Source of the DNA: Nageia nagi
Taxonomy: Eukaryota; Plantae; Pinophyta
Assembly (NCBI GenBank): GCA_050084985.1
Contig: JBITNC010000001.1
Location: 141,174,001-141,238,000, forward strand
Direction of reading: 5' to 3'
DNA length: 64,000 nucleotides
In this document: positions 1-12,499 of the stretch, piece by piece
Position numbering within the stretch: the first letter of the stretch is position 1
Layout: each line of letters opens with the position of its first letter
Translations under genes and position numbers: made by a program
Notes under the pieces: generated by a model
Database searches by the model: none
Told to the model about the DNA's origin: nothing
What the model saw: only the letters and a program-made list of their open reading frames with translations

Positions 1-700
1 CACCTTATTGTGTATCCATATATGTTTATGCTTACAAACATAAAAGCATAATGTTTATAAATCATGGACATAAAATGCATGATCACCAATGGCCAATGAT
101 ACAACTAGTGAGAGTTCATTCACTTCAAAAAGAAAGTGGTGATACAACTATTAGTGGGGATATTGAAATTGGTTCATACTCAATGGAAGATGCACGTCAC
201 TATGTATCCAAACATGCTATAGAGTATTTCTAACCTCTTTTTGTTACAAGGTATCTCTAATTTATTCTTTGTTACAAGATGTTAAAAAAAATTCAGAGCA
301 TCCATACTATCAACAATATTTTTTGCATGTCATTGATGTAATTCATTGTACCTCATAAATAATCCAAATCAATAAAGCTCTATCTTCTCAAAGTATGGAT
401 GCCAAAATAATAGACTCTTTAGTACCAAACACAAAGGAGTAATCACTTCCATTCTTCAACATCACAAGGGGCAATCATAAAAATAATTCATATTTTACCT
501 TGGATGCTCCATCCATGGAGCTTTCCTAAGGCAACCAAGTCAAAAGGGGGCAATGAAGGACCTTAACCAAAGGATCATGTTATTGTACAAGAGTTCAAAG
601 TTCTCAAACTTTTTCTTCTACTCTTCTTCTTTGGATGTATAATTACATTTCTTCCATCACACCTCCAAAGAGTTGAAAAATGTAGATGCCTAAAAATGAA
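1..700. mobile_element. Degenerate TE-internal segment, inverted homolog of ~3385-3760 (probably CACTA-internal)
   Basis: The reverse complement of ~640-690 (ggcatctacatttttcaactctttggaggtgtgatg) matches 3386-3420 (gatatctacattttggacatctttggatatgtaatg). The RC of ~532-552 (tgcccccttttgacttggtt) matches 3511-3530. No intact ORF. Confidence 0.4.
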
Positions 701-849
701 TTCTTATTTGTTAAAGAATTTATTTTTATAGCATTAAAATATATTTATTACAAAAAGGGGTTAAAATTTACCAAATACAATGTAATTGATGTAAAAGGAC
801 CACTAAACAATGTCAGTGGTGTCAAATATTTAGAAAGGCATCATAAGCT

Positions 850-2700
850 ATGTAATGTGTGATGATCCCAAGAAAAGGAGAGGATCAAGATGTTGCTATA
901 AAATAATATCAAAGGAAAATGATTCATCATGAGTAGATTATCAATACCAGATAGGTGAACAAATGCATATCATATCATCCAAACCATAATGGTATTTTGT
1001 AACACCACTTATTTGAGGATCTATTATCTACCTTTTGTCATGTTTTGAATACTTTAATTTATGCATCTAATATTTCTTATTTTAAGGCATCGATGGTGTG
1101 CTATCATTAAGGCACCAACATCATAGTTATTAAGCCCAAGTGAGTGGAGATTGCATTGAAGGTCTTATTTATAGCTCATTGATTTAGATCTAATGAAGGT
1201 ACATTATTTTCTTTAGCATAAATTGGTATTTTTCATATATATACTTCAATATTAAATTTATAGAGAAATAGTGCTTTATGTATTGCATGTGCATTATTTT
1301 TCATCTACAATGTGATTTTTAATTAAATAAATATCATATTTAGGTGTTAACAAATGCCCCCCTTTGAATATATTTTTTGACAAAATCAAAAGTCTAATTC
1401 AAAAGAAAATAATATATGTCCTACTTAAATCTTCATGGAGACAACTTGGAGTCCTTTATTTTTCCTATATTTCATGCCCTCTCTTTGGCTTGGCCACTAC
1501 AATGAAGATATATTTGGAATGGAAGACACCAATCTAAAGAATAAAATCCTGTCAAAATAAATAAATCTACTAAAAGAAATTAAATTTTACATATTCCCTC
1601 TAGTGCACCAATGTACTACATATATCATGGTTAGCTTCTTATAAAATCAATAGAATATATCTTTCTTGCATATATGTTTCATCACTAATCATAGATTTAT
1701 ATGTATCACTATTAAATAATGGAGAACAATATGAAATCAACATAATAAATCCTTTCTTATAGAGATATATTTCTTATATCATAGATTTCATCTTACATTT
1801 GTTGCTAGTTCAAGATGAAATTATCATAAAAAAAAAAATTGTTCAAGAGCTAATCATATTTACTCCATTTATCATTACCAAGAAAAACATCAAATATGGA
1901 TCAAACCTTTTAATAATATTATTTTGACCTCCAAGTAACAAGGTATCTCAATATACCTTTAGGTAATTAAGGTGCCACTTGGCACATCTTTGCATAATAA
2001 AGATGCTAGAATTAAGTACTTATCCCAAGTACCAAAGAGGACCACAATATACCTTTGGGTAATAAAGTTGTCAATCTATAAATCTCCATGTAACAAAGAT
2101 TATAGAACCAAGTAATTAATTGCTCTAAGGACCAAATAGGATATCAATTCGATCACATTACCCAATTGCATGCTATATTTGAATATCAAGATAATAGTAA
2201 CTCAATCATACTTCCCAATTGCATGTTATAATTGAGTACTAAAAATAATAGAAACTTGGTCACACCACCCAATTACATGTTATAATTGAGTACTAAAAAT
2301 AATATAAACTTGGTCACTCCACCCAATTTCATGTTATAACCAAGTACTAAATATGTGTTACTTATATATCCTCAAAGCAATGAAACTCTCCTCAAATAAA
2401 CTTGGCATATCCCCATTACTAAATATGCTAGAACCTAGTACCTACCAAAAAGTACCAAAAATAAGTTATCTTGAACTATTTCCCTAAGAATAAAGGACTA
2501 TCTTGAATTCTTTTGAATATTTAAGAATATATGATTATCTAAAATATTACCCCACTTAAGAGGACTTATCTCAAAATCTCAAGAATCATCATCAAATTTT
2601 TCTCCTATCAAGAATCATCAAAATATCTTATAACTTAAAGTACTTGAAATTTATGGTATGAATTCAAATAAGTAAAATTCAAGTTAGTTTAGTAGTGAAT
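850..2700 (-). mobile_element. Probable 3' end remnant of a Ty3/gypsy (Tat-like) LTR retrotransposon
   Basis: On the minus strand a PPT (aaaggggggca, ~1355-1365) is followed by TGTTAACACC (LTR start at 1351). This is the same PPT/LTR junction style as 21842-21864. Tandem repeats upstream resemble a Tat 3' UTR. The far LTR boundary is uncertain. Confidence 0.4.
2150..2352. repeat. ~54-bp tandem repeat x4
   Basis: cccaatt(g/a/t)catgttata... units start at 2161, 2214, 2268 and 2322. Confidence 0.85.
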
Positions 2701-2734
2701 TAGAACATAATTGTATTCCATGAAACTCAAACAA

Positions 2735-2845
2735 TAACCTTAACCCACATCCTAACTGGACTTAACCCCTTAATACCCTAATCCTACAACCTAAACCTAA
2801 CCCCACACCCTAACATACACCTTAACCCACACCCTAACCCTAATT
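2735..2845 (+). repeat. Degenerate telomere-like (CCCTAA/CCCACA) array
   Basis: taaccttaacccacatcctaa...aaccccacaccctaacatacaccttaacccacaccctaaccctaa. Confidence 0.8.
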
Positions 2846-2857
2846 GTAAATCACAAA

Positions 2858-4518
2858 TAATGAATTAAATAAATAATTCATTAATATGTTTATAATATAT
2901 ATGTGTTTTAAGTAATACATGCTATACCTGATCTCTAACTAATGTAATAACTTTGTAAATGAATAGATCTTTCCAAATACATGTGAAAGGAGTGGTCACA
3001 TGCCTACTTTTTGATCATCAACAAGCTCTAGGAAATCGAATTACCACTTTGCCAGATGCAAGAACAAGAGTGCCCATGCATTTTGAGGAATCTACCCCAA
3101 AGTAAAGAATGAAAACATTTCGTAGCAAGAGGGGGGTCACAAATCCAAGTTTGGGAGGTGATGTCTAAAGACATCATTTCATTTATGGCACATATATTGA
3201 ACTTGTTCTCATGTGGAATATCTTGCTTTAAATCTTCTTTTATAGATGCATTTGTTCTTGAGATCTACACCTTTTACATTATTATCTTCTCATTATATTG
3301 CTTATGGTGCATTTATACCCTTTTTGCAATATTATTTTTTGATGTAATAAATATGAATTATTAATTAATAATAAATCATATATAGATATCTACATTTTGG
3401 ACATCTTTGGATATGTAATGAAAAGAATTGAAATTTTATAATTCAAATAATTAAAGAAGAAAATGTATGCCTGAAGTTGAACCATTATTCCTTGAACATT
3501 GTTAATTTGATGCCCCTTTTTGACTTGGTTTCCCCTCGCTTTAGCTTCTATGGGGTGATCAAGACAAAAATAAGATGGGGGAAGATGATATTCTAAGGTT
3601 GTCCTAGGAATTTACCAAAAAATCTCATTAGGATCAATGATACCTTAGGCTCTACTCTCCAAGATGGATTCCTTCGTCTATTGCCCATGATGCAATTAGA
3701 AACTCTATTCTCCTCACTTGATGGATGGTGGTCACTCCTTTTTTTATAATACTAGGGAGTTCATGGTTTATATTTTTATGTTTTTATTGCAAGAAAGAAG
3801 GACATGTACATTGTTACTATAGGCTACAGATAACATGGATGCCATTTGATCACTTATTTTTTTGTTCAAAACTTATGCTCTTGATTTGCTTCCTTATGAG
3901 ATGTGCAAAAATTCTTACCCTAAGGGATAAAATTCTTCAAATCAGCAAGTTCACCAAAATATAAACCATAAAAATGAATTAAATAAACAATTCATTATTA
4001 TGTTTACATTAAATATGATTGAAGCAATAAAAGCTAGATCTAATTTATAATTGATGTAAAACTTCATAAATGAATATATGTTTTTGAGTACATGTGAAAA
4101 GAGTGGTCACATGTTTGGCTTTTAATAGTTAACAAGATTTAGTCATCGAATTGCCACTCTATCGAATGCAAGAATAAGAGTGCCTGCATTGTGAAAATAG
4201 TCAAATGTAGGGTGCCAACATTATGCATTTTGAGGAATCTACCCTCATGCAAAGAATTAAAATGATCTATATCAAGAGGGGGATCACAAATCCAAGTTGG
4301 GAAGGTGGTATCTAAAGACATTGTTTCCTTTGTGGCATATTTCTTGAACTTGCTCTCATGTGGGATATCTTGCTTTGATCTTATTTTATTGATGCATTTA
4401 TTCTTGAGATCTACACCTTTTACATTGTTATATACTCATTACATTGCTTGTGGTGCATTTACACCCTTTTTCCAATATTATTTCTTGATGTAATAAATAT
4501 GAATTATTAATTAATATA
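2858..4518. repeat. Diverged direct duplication (2858-3372 vs 3972-4518) of a degenerate coding-like segment, probably TE-internal
   Basis: Collinear blocks include tacatgtgaaa.gagtggtcacatg, atgcattttgaggaatctaccc, tcacaaatccaagtt and gatgtaataaatatgaattattaattaata. The minus-strand frame of copy 2 reads KNKCINKIRSKQDIPHESKFKKYATKETMSLDTTFPTWICDPPL... Confidence 0.75.
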
Positions 4519-4534
4519 TTTAGGCATCTACACT

Positions 4535-4915
4535 AACTCTTTCACCCTTGACCCCACATATCCTAACCCACACCTTAACCCCTTAATACCCTAACCCCTT
4601 CATCCTAACCCACACCCTAACCCATATCCTAACCAACACTAAATACCCACACCCTAACCCCACACTTTGACCTTAACCCCCCATCCTAACCCTAACCCTA
4701 ACCCACACCCTAATGCCTTAACCTTATCCCCTTTACTGTTGACCCCACATATCCTAACCCACACCCTAACCCACACCATAACCCTAACCCCTTAATACCA
4801 AAACCCACATCCTAACCCCTTCACCCTAAATCACACCCTAACCAACCTTAACCCCTTAATTTATGCCTTGGACTCTAACCCACACCCTAACTCACACCCT
4901 AACCCTAACATTATT
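4535..4915 (+). repeat. Degenerate telomere-like hexamer array (CCCTAA alternating with CCCACA/CCCTTA)
   Basis: ~380 bp, e.g. cctaaccctaaccctaacccacaccctaa and cctaacccacaccctaacccacaccataaccctaac. The unit is mostly a 6-mer (TTAGGG type), not plant TTTAGGG. Confidence 0.9.
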
Positions 4916-5649
4916 CCACACCTTTATTATTATTAATAAAATAAAAACACATAATTATTATTTTTAATATTTGTAAAATATGAGATAAAAAAATGAAATA
5001 AATTTAATTTAATTATATTTTTAAAGATTAATGAAATAAAATACAATATAATAATAATAATTTTTTTTGCCCTAATTAACATGCTTGATGTTAAATTTGA
5101 TGCCCATCTTGATGCCATACTTGACACACAAAAGCATCAACTATAGCATCGAATTGGTCATTAAAACAAAAAAAAGCTACCTACCCATTTTGTTACTTTC
5201 AATATACAATGTTGTAATATGAATTTCATGAAAAGGAGGGGATGAAGGAGATATTCATCGGCCTAGGGGGACCATTTTCAAAGGTTAAATTAGCTTGTAG
5301 GTACTCCATGGTCTGACATTATTCAAATTTTTTATTTTATTTTAGGGTTTTGGAAGGAAGAATTTATCAAAATTCTACATATAATTTAGGGGTGGATGGA
5401 TGAATTTTTAAACATACTGCATATAATTTGTTGTCTAGATGGATAATGCAAACATAAACACATGATAATAGAATGATTCAAACAAAAAACCTTAGGAATA
5501 TGGTACTTACTCGAATTGGAATTATTCCCTAGCTCAATTTCAGGCTTCAATTATAAACTCCCTTGATCACTCTCTTTCTTGATTGAATTTATAATTCTTG
5601 GAGGCTCCCTAGCTTGAATTATAGGATTTTTACACCTCCTAATTGCAAT

Positions 5650-8135
5650 TCCCTAAAATCCCAGGCCTATCTTCCATATTTTGCATACATGTCAATTAGG
5701 GCACTCATGCCCATAACATTCAGTGCAAAAACATTTTCAACTACTCTTTCATGGATGTCCATAACATCTTTTAGAGCTCTCATGGTGGTAAATATCAAAA
5801 CAATGTTGGAAAAGGTTGTAGAGTCAAGTTTTACACCTAACAATTGCATCTACATAAAAGTTTCTAGAGCCTTTTTAGAAAACCCATCTTGTGCATATCC
5901 TATGACCATTCCATTCCATGGAACTATTTGTACATCATGCATCTTTTCAAATAATTTGCATACCTCTTTATGCTTCCAAATTTTTCATACATGTGTATCA
6001 GGGCATTCACAACCACAACATTCGATACAAAACCATTTTTAACTACACTTTAATGGATTTTCATTCTTGCTTCTAAACCTCCCATGGCGAAACATGATGA
6101 AAGAATGCTGGAAAAGGTTGCAAACTCAAGTTTAAAACTTGATAATTGCATCTTCAAAAAACCCATCTTGTACATATCTTGTGATCATTGTAGTCCATGA
6201 AACTATGTCTACATCATGCATCTTATTAAACAATTTGCATGCCTTCTCTATGATTCCATATTTTGTGCATACCCTACCATCATTACAATCCATGAAACTG
6301 TGTCTGCATCATGCATCTTGGAAATAAAGTTTAAAGATCCTTGAAGATAGCCTGCATGACCAAGAAGGTCAACAATGCATGTGTAATGATTCATCCCATG
6401 AATAATGCAATAAGAATCACTCATGCTATTTAAGTATTCACAACCCTCATCCACTAGACCTACATGGTTGCATGTGAGTAGAACACATACAAAGGTTATG
6501 CTATCAAGGATGGTCCCCAAGTGCTTCAACATATCAACTTAAGGGAATCCTTGTTGTAATCATGAATTGCATACCCTCTAATCATTATAGTCCACGAAAC
6601 TATGTTTGCATCATTAATCTTGCAAAATAATTATCAAGCCTTGTGTATTCTTCCACATTTTGCATACATCTTTATCAAGGCCTTCACATCCATTATGGGA
6701 GTCATTACATACTTGAAGTTTCTTCACAACTTTCATAATAGTTCTAGGGGCAGTCTTTAACAACTTGAACATAATTACCAACTTTTCATTATACTGGCAT
6801 AGAAGCAATTTTTTATCATCAACCTCCACATCATGTAATAGAGGTATTGTGTTTGGAATATACCCTATTACCTTCATCTCACTTGATAATTTCTCCAATT
6901 TTCCATAGATCTATTGTGTTTTTTAGTGTAATTTGTCTCCTATAAGAAAAGCATGTACCCTTTTGTCAACTTCAATCCAATTACATCCAAGTATCTTCTT
7001 GATTTCTCTATCTTTCATCAATGTCCTTACTCTTTGGATATCATCCCAATTGCCAACTTCAACATAAATATTTGGAAGAACATAAGATGGACCATATGTA
7101 GGCTCCAACAAAAAAAATGATTGTTATCACAAATTCCCCTATTTCTACATTCTTATGTGATCTTCAAGCACCAAGCAGACACATTCTTACACTCAAATTA
7201 GGTTGTATGGGTATCTTGATAATGAAGTTTAAAGCTTCCTCAAAATAGCCTCCACAACCAAGAAACTGTATTTGCATCTTGATAATGAATTGCATATCTT
7301 TTAATCATTGTAGTCTATGAAAGTATGTTTACATCATACATCTTGCAAAGCAATTCTCAGGCCTTGTGTATTCTTCCACATTTTGCATACATGTCTATCA
7401 AGCCATTCACAACCACAACATTGGATGCAAAACCCATTATATGCATATATAATGATCATTACATTCCATGAGATTGCATTTTGATGGGGCAATTTGTCAA
7501 ATAATTTAGGGACCCTTTCAAAGTATCCTTTTTGTGCATATCCTACCATCACTGTAGTTCATGAAATTATATTTTCATCATGCATCTTCATAATGAAGTT
7601 CAAAGCTTCCTCAATATAGCCAACATGGCTAAGAAGGTCAACAATGTATGTGTAATGATTCATCCAAGGAATAATGCAATAAGAGTCACTCATGTTATTT
7701 AAGTATTTATAATCCTCATCCATTATACCTATATGGCTACATATGAGTAGAACACATACAAAGGTTATTTTTTTAGGGATGGTCCCCAAGTACTTCAACA
7801 TATAAAAATGCTTAAGGGAATCCTTACTATAACCATGAATTACATACTCTCCAATCATTGTATTCCATGAAACTATGTTTGCATTATGCATCTTGTAAAA
7901 CAATTATCGGGCCTTATTTATTCTTCCATATTTTGCATACATGTCTATTAAGGCATTCACATCTGTAACATTGGATGCAAAAACATTTTAAACTACTCTT
8001 TGATTTATATCCATACCTTTCCCAAGATAGCCTAGATGACCAAGAAGGTCAACAACGCATATATAATGATTCATCCCAAGAATAATGCAATAAGATTCAC
8101 TCATGCTATTTAAGTATTTATAGCCCTCATCCACT
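5650..8135 (-). pseudogene. Scrambled PLS-class PPR-E-E+-DYW gene fragments, block A
   Basis: Motifs include MQLLGVKLDSTTFSNI, ALIDMYAKYGR, IVSWNTMIGEYVIHG, NHYTCIVDLLGHAGYL, E/E+ GNWDDIQRVRTLMKDREIKKILGCNWIEVDKRVHAF and DYW LCQYNEKLVIMF...VVKKLQVCNDSH. There are many stops, frameshifts and out-of-order junctions. Confidence 0.93.
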
Positions 8136-8171
8136 AATTGCATTCTTATTATTTTATTCTTTTCTATTTAG

Positions 8172-9810
8172 TATCCATCATCATGGTGAACAAAGATCAT
8201 AATTCCAGAGGGTGGTCATCTAAAAAAGGAAAGAAAATATGGAACGAAGAAGATGAGCAGTCCAAGTGGGTAAGTTGCAATACATGTTAAATTAGTAATG
8301 TAATGTGAATGTACTTTATTTGATGATATTCATTTCATAAGGCAAATAACATATTTTTTTTTTACTTTTGTAATTATAAGGCTTTATAAAATATTTGGTT
8401 AAAAGCATGAAATTTTTTCCAAACGATGCATGTAGGAAAATTACATAAACCATTGATGTTGATGATGATGGTGTTGTTGATGAGGACATCCTAATAAGGG
8501 GTAAAAGAACTCCTATTGGTTTATTTATTAAATTTGAATTGTTAATTTCTAATAAATTATTAAAAAATATCATGTTTATTATTTTATTAATGCTTGCAAG
8601 TGAATTTATATCTTGGTAAAGTTGATGTGCTCGCTATTAAAACTGCAATGTTGATCAATCAACCTTCATGATATATCACATGTAAGGGATTGTGTGGGAT
8701 TGATATTAAAGTAAAAAATAATAGTGAAGTACTTATGGATGAGGCCAATAAAATTTTATGCCCTTAAAAAATACCTTTATATTCAATTTGATACTATATT
8801 AGTTTACTAATATTTGAATTAGTTATTGTTTAGGGCACCTGTTTGGTGAAGCACTAAGGAATATCACATAAATAGAATTCCAACATACAATGGACCTTCC
8901 TTGGAGAAAGCAAAATAAGCAAGGTACGTAAATTTAATTATATTTTATTACTAATAATGTTTTACCTTCAAAAACTTATATTCCAAAAAATAGAAACTAT
9001 TTTTTCATTATTGTGTACATGCAACAAAAAATATGATACTCCTTCACCTTCAAAGTGATTTTGGTGATAAATGTAGTGTAAAATGGGCATTGAAATATAT
9101 GGGAGTAAGCCTTAGGAGGAAAAGGAACAAATACCAAATAAAGATTGCAAAAGTTCCACCTAAGCAACGTTCCATTACCAAAAGAATTTCCAATCTTGAC
9201 AAGAGTGCATACAAGTCTTTGACCAGGACAATTCATTAAAATGAAGAACATGAAAAAATGAATGCCTATGAGGAATCATCACAAGAGAAAGCATCCAACT
9301 CCCACTTCAAAATGTTGAGCAAATATAAGCTGCATAGGACAAGAAGTGCAGGCAAAAATGGGATAAAATCCCAATTTGTGAGTATATTTACTATTTTTTT
9401 AATATATCAAAATGAAAAGTTTAATATTTATAATATTTAATAATTAAATATAGATTTAATCATTTTTTTAGGTTGAAAGATATAACCATCCACCAACAAA
9501 TGCAAAGTTACAATACGGTGTCATGGAGGGGTGGGAGAAGTTGCAAAATATGATGGATAATGGAGTAAGTAATTATTACTATTTTAATTACCCTAAAGTA
9601 GTTCAATTATGAGTATGCATAAGATCTATAGTTTTTTATTTTTACTAACATTTTTATTCATTTAATTTCAGAAATCTAATTCAAAGCCACATGAGATTAT
9701 ATGTGGTGGTACTCGAGAAGACAGTGTCTGTGATAATGCTATTGATGATGGTTACGGTGCTAGTGATGATGGTCATGATGATGATAGTAATGATATTGAT
9801 GGTTGATTAT
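8172..9810 (+). pseudogene. CACTA TnpA-like (Ptta/En/Spm-type) multi-exon remnant
   Basis: A series of short exons bounded by AG/GT with ~80-100-nt AT-rich introns (e.g. tttag|ggcacc...gcaag|gtacg, caattt|gtgagt, ttttag|gttgaa, tttcag|aaatct). The translation LQSDFGDKCSVKWALKYMGVSLRRKRNKY...HRTRSAG resembles the W-x-L-x-x-M-G-x-x-x-R and H-x-x-G-S motifs of TnpA, with an acidic C-terminal tail. Confidence 0.6.
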
Positions 9811-9969
9811 TCAAGATGAGAATTAAGGATGTAAAGAGAAATGACTCTTGATTCACATTTAATGATATTTAAAGTTTGATTGTTTGATGCACTTATATTT
9901 ATTATGTTAAATGTGTTTGAGTGTTCAAAATATAGTATTATGAAATAATTCATGTTCCTTATCTATGGT

Positions 9970-12135
9970 TCCTCATTTTGCTACATGTATATCAGGGCAT
10001 TCCCAACAACATAATTTTATGAAAAACCATTTTCAATTACTCTTTGATGGATTTCCATATGTTCTTATAAATCTTCCATGGTGGCACATCTTAGAAGAAT
10101 GTTGGCAAAGGTTGTAGAGTCGAGTTTTACACTTGATAATTACATCTACCTAAAAGTCTTAAGGGCCTTTTTAGAAAACCCATATTGTGCATATCCTACA
10201 TTACTTTGTACCACCAATAATCGCCACAAGAACATTCTCCATGTTTGAAATGATGGAATTTATTCACATTCCTCAAAACCATACCCCTTGCAATAATATT
10301 CGAAATAAACTTGGTTGTAGTATGGCAATCATTTCTTATTCAAAGGTTCTTCACAACTCTATGCTAGCATAGAATCAATTATTTATCATCACCCTCCACA
10401 TCATGTGACATAGGTATTGTATTTAGAATATACCTCATTGCCTTTATCTCACTTTATGATTCATTCCATAAATATTCCAATAAGATTCACTCAAGTTATT
10501 AAAGTATTTGTAGCCCTCATCCAATGGACTTGCATACTAGTAGAACAAATACAAAGGTTATGTTGTTAGGGTTGGTTCAAAGAGTTTAAGGGCATACCTA
10601 TTGTAACCATGAACTAAATATCCTCTAATCATTATAGACCAAGAAACTATTTATGCATCATGCATCTTGTCAAAGAAGTCTTGGGCTTTGTGTATTCTTC
10701 CATATTTTGCATACATATCTATCAAGGCACTCACAACCACTATGGAAGTCATTGCATACTCGAAGGTTCTTCACAACTTTGATAACAAGTCTGAGGGGAG
10801 TCTTAGACAACCTGAATATAATTACCACCTTTTCACTATATTGGCATAGAAGCAATTCCTTATCATCAACCTCTACATCATGCAACATAAGTATTGTGTT
10901 TAGAATATACCCTACTACCTCCATCTCCCTCGATAATTTCTTCAATTTTCCATAGATATCTTGTGTTTTTGGGTGTAATATATCTCCCATAAGAAAAGCA
11001 TGTACGCTTTTTTCAACTTCAATCCAATTACATCGATGTATCTTCTTGATTTCTCTATCTTTCATCAATGTCCTTACTTTTTGGATGTCATCCCAACTAC
11101 CCACTTTAGCATCCCTCACAACAATATCCCTTGGAATAATCTTAGAGATAAACTTGGTTGCAATATGGAAGTCATTGCATACTTGAAGGTTTTTTCATAA
11201 TTCCAATAACTGTTCTAGGGGTTGTTTAACAACTCATATGGAATTGCTAACTTTTTACTATGCTGGTAGAGAAGCAATTCTTTATCATCAACCTCTACAT
11301 CATGCAACACAGGTATTGTATTTGGAATATACCCTGCTAACTTTATCTCACTCGATAATTTTTCCATTGATCTCTTATGTTTTTGGGTGTGATTTCTATC
11401 CTATAAGAAAAATATGTGCATTTTTGTTAATATTCAACCCAAGTACATCCTGGTGTCTTCTTGATTCCTCTATCTTTCATCAATGATGTTCATAGCTCCT
11501 TCAAGATAGCCTCCATAATCAAGAAGGTCAAGATGCATGCATAATGCTTCAACTCAAGAATAATGCAATAAGAGTCACTCTTGTTGTTAAAGTATTTACA
11601 ACCCTTATCCATAAGACTTGCATGATTGCATGAAAGTAGAAGACATACAACGATCATGTTGTTAGGGTTGATACCCAAGTGCTTCATTATATCAAAGAGT
11701 TTAAGGATATAATTATTGTAACCATGAATTTCATATCCTTCAATCATTGAAATCTATGTAATTGTGTTTCAATCATGCATTTGTCAAACAATTCCTAGGC
11801 ATTGTGTATTCTTCCACATTTTGCATACATGTCTATCAAGGCACTCATAACCACAACATTAGATGCAAAACCATTTTTAACTTCTTTTTTATTGATGTCC
11901 ATACCTTTTTTTAGAACTCTAATGGTGGTACATGCTGGAAGAATGTAGGAAAAGGTTACAGAGTTTGGTTTTACACATGATAATTACATTTGTTTAAAAG
12001 ACTCTAAGGCTTTTTCAAAAAACCCATTCTATGCATATCATGTGATCATTAAAGTCACAATGATAACATTTTTGCATACATGTGTATCAAGGCAATCACA
12101 ACCACAACATTCAATGCAAAACCATTTTCAATTAA
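9970..12135 (-). pseudogene. Scrambled PLS-class PPR-E-E+-DYW gene fragments, block B (contains the CSCGDYW terminus)
   Basis: P/L/S motifs at 11490-12135. Two tandem E+/DYW copies at 10741-11480. FHHFKHGECSCGDYW, with CSCGDYW at 10214-10234, is followed by another P-L-S fragment. Confidence 0.93.
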
Positions 12136-12362
12136 TAATAAATAATTAATAATTACAATAATACAGTAATCATTTATAATAATCAATAATTAATAATATT
12201 ATAATATGATGATTAATAATTAATAATAAATAATATAATAATCAATCATTAATAATATAATCACTAATAATGTAATATAATCAATTATAATAATAATCAA
12301 TAATTAATAAATTATTAAATAAATATATTATAAATAAATCATTTATTTTTTAAATAATTTTT
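12135..12362. repeat. AT-only low-complexity tract (aataatt-like)
   Basis: ~230 bp almost devoid of G/C. Confidence 0.85.
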
Positions 12363-12499
12363 TTCAATGTTATACTTGATGTTATTAGCGACCCTAATTC
12401 CAATGCTAAGAGCGACACTAACCATATCTATGAAGCACCATAAATGTTCTCAAAATAATGCAATTTTTGAATTTATTATTAATGCTAAATTACTCTAAA

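Noticed and set aside
812-826. PBS after the minus-strand LTR, implying a tandem element sharing an LTR
   Set aside because: The match is too degenerate, and the downstream 1-700 is homologous to 3385-3760 rather than to gag.
5614-12135. Functional PPR-DYW gene
   Set aside because: Multiple stops and frameshifts, scrambled domain order and broken zinc ligands. The plus-strand ORFs here are antisense shadows.
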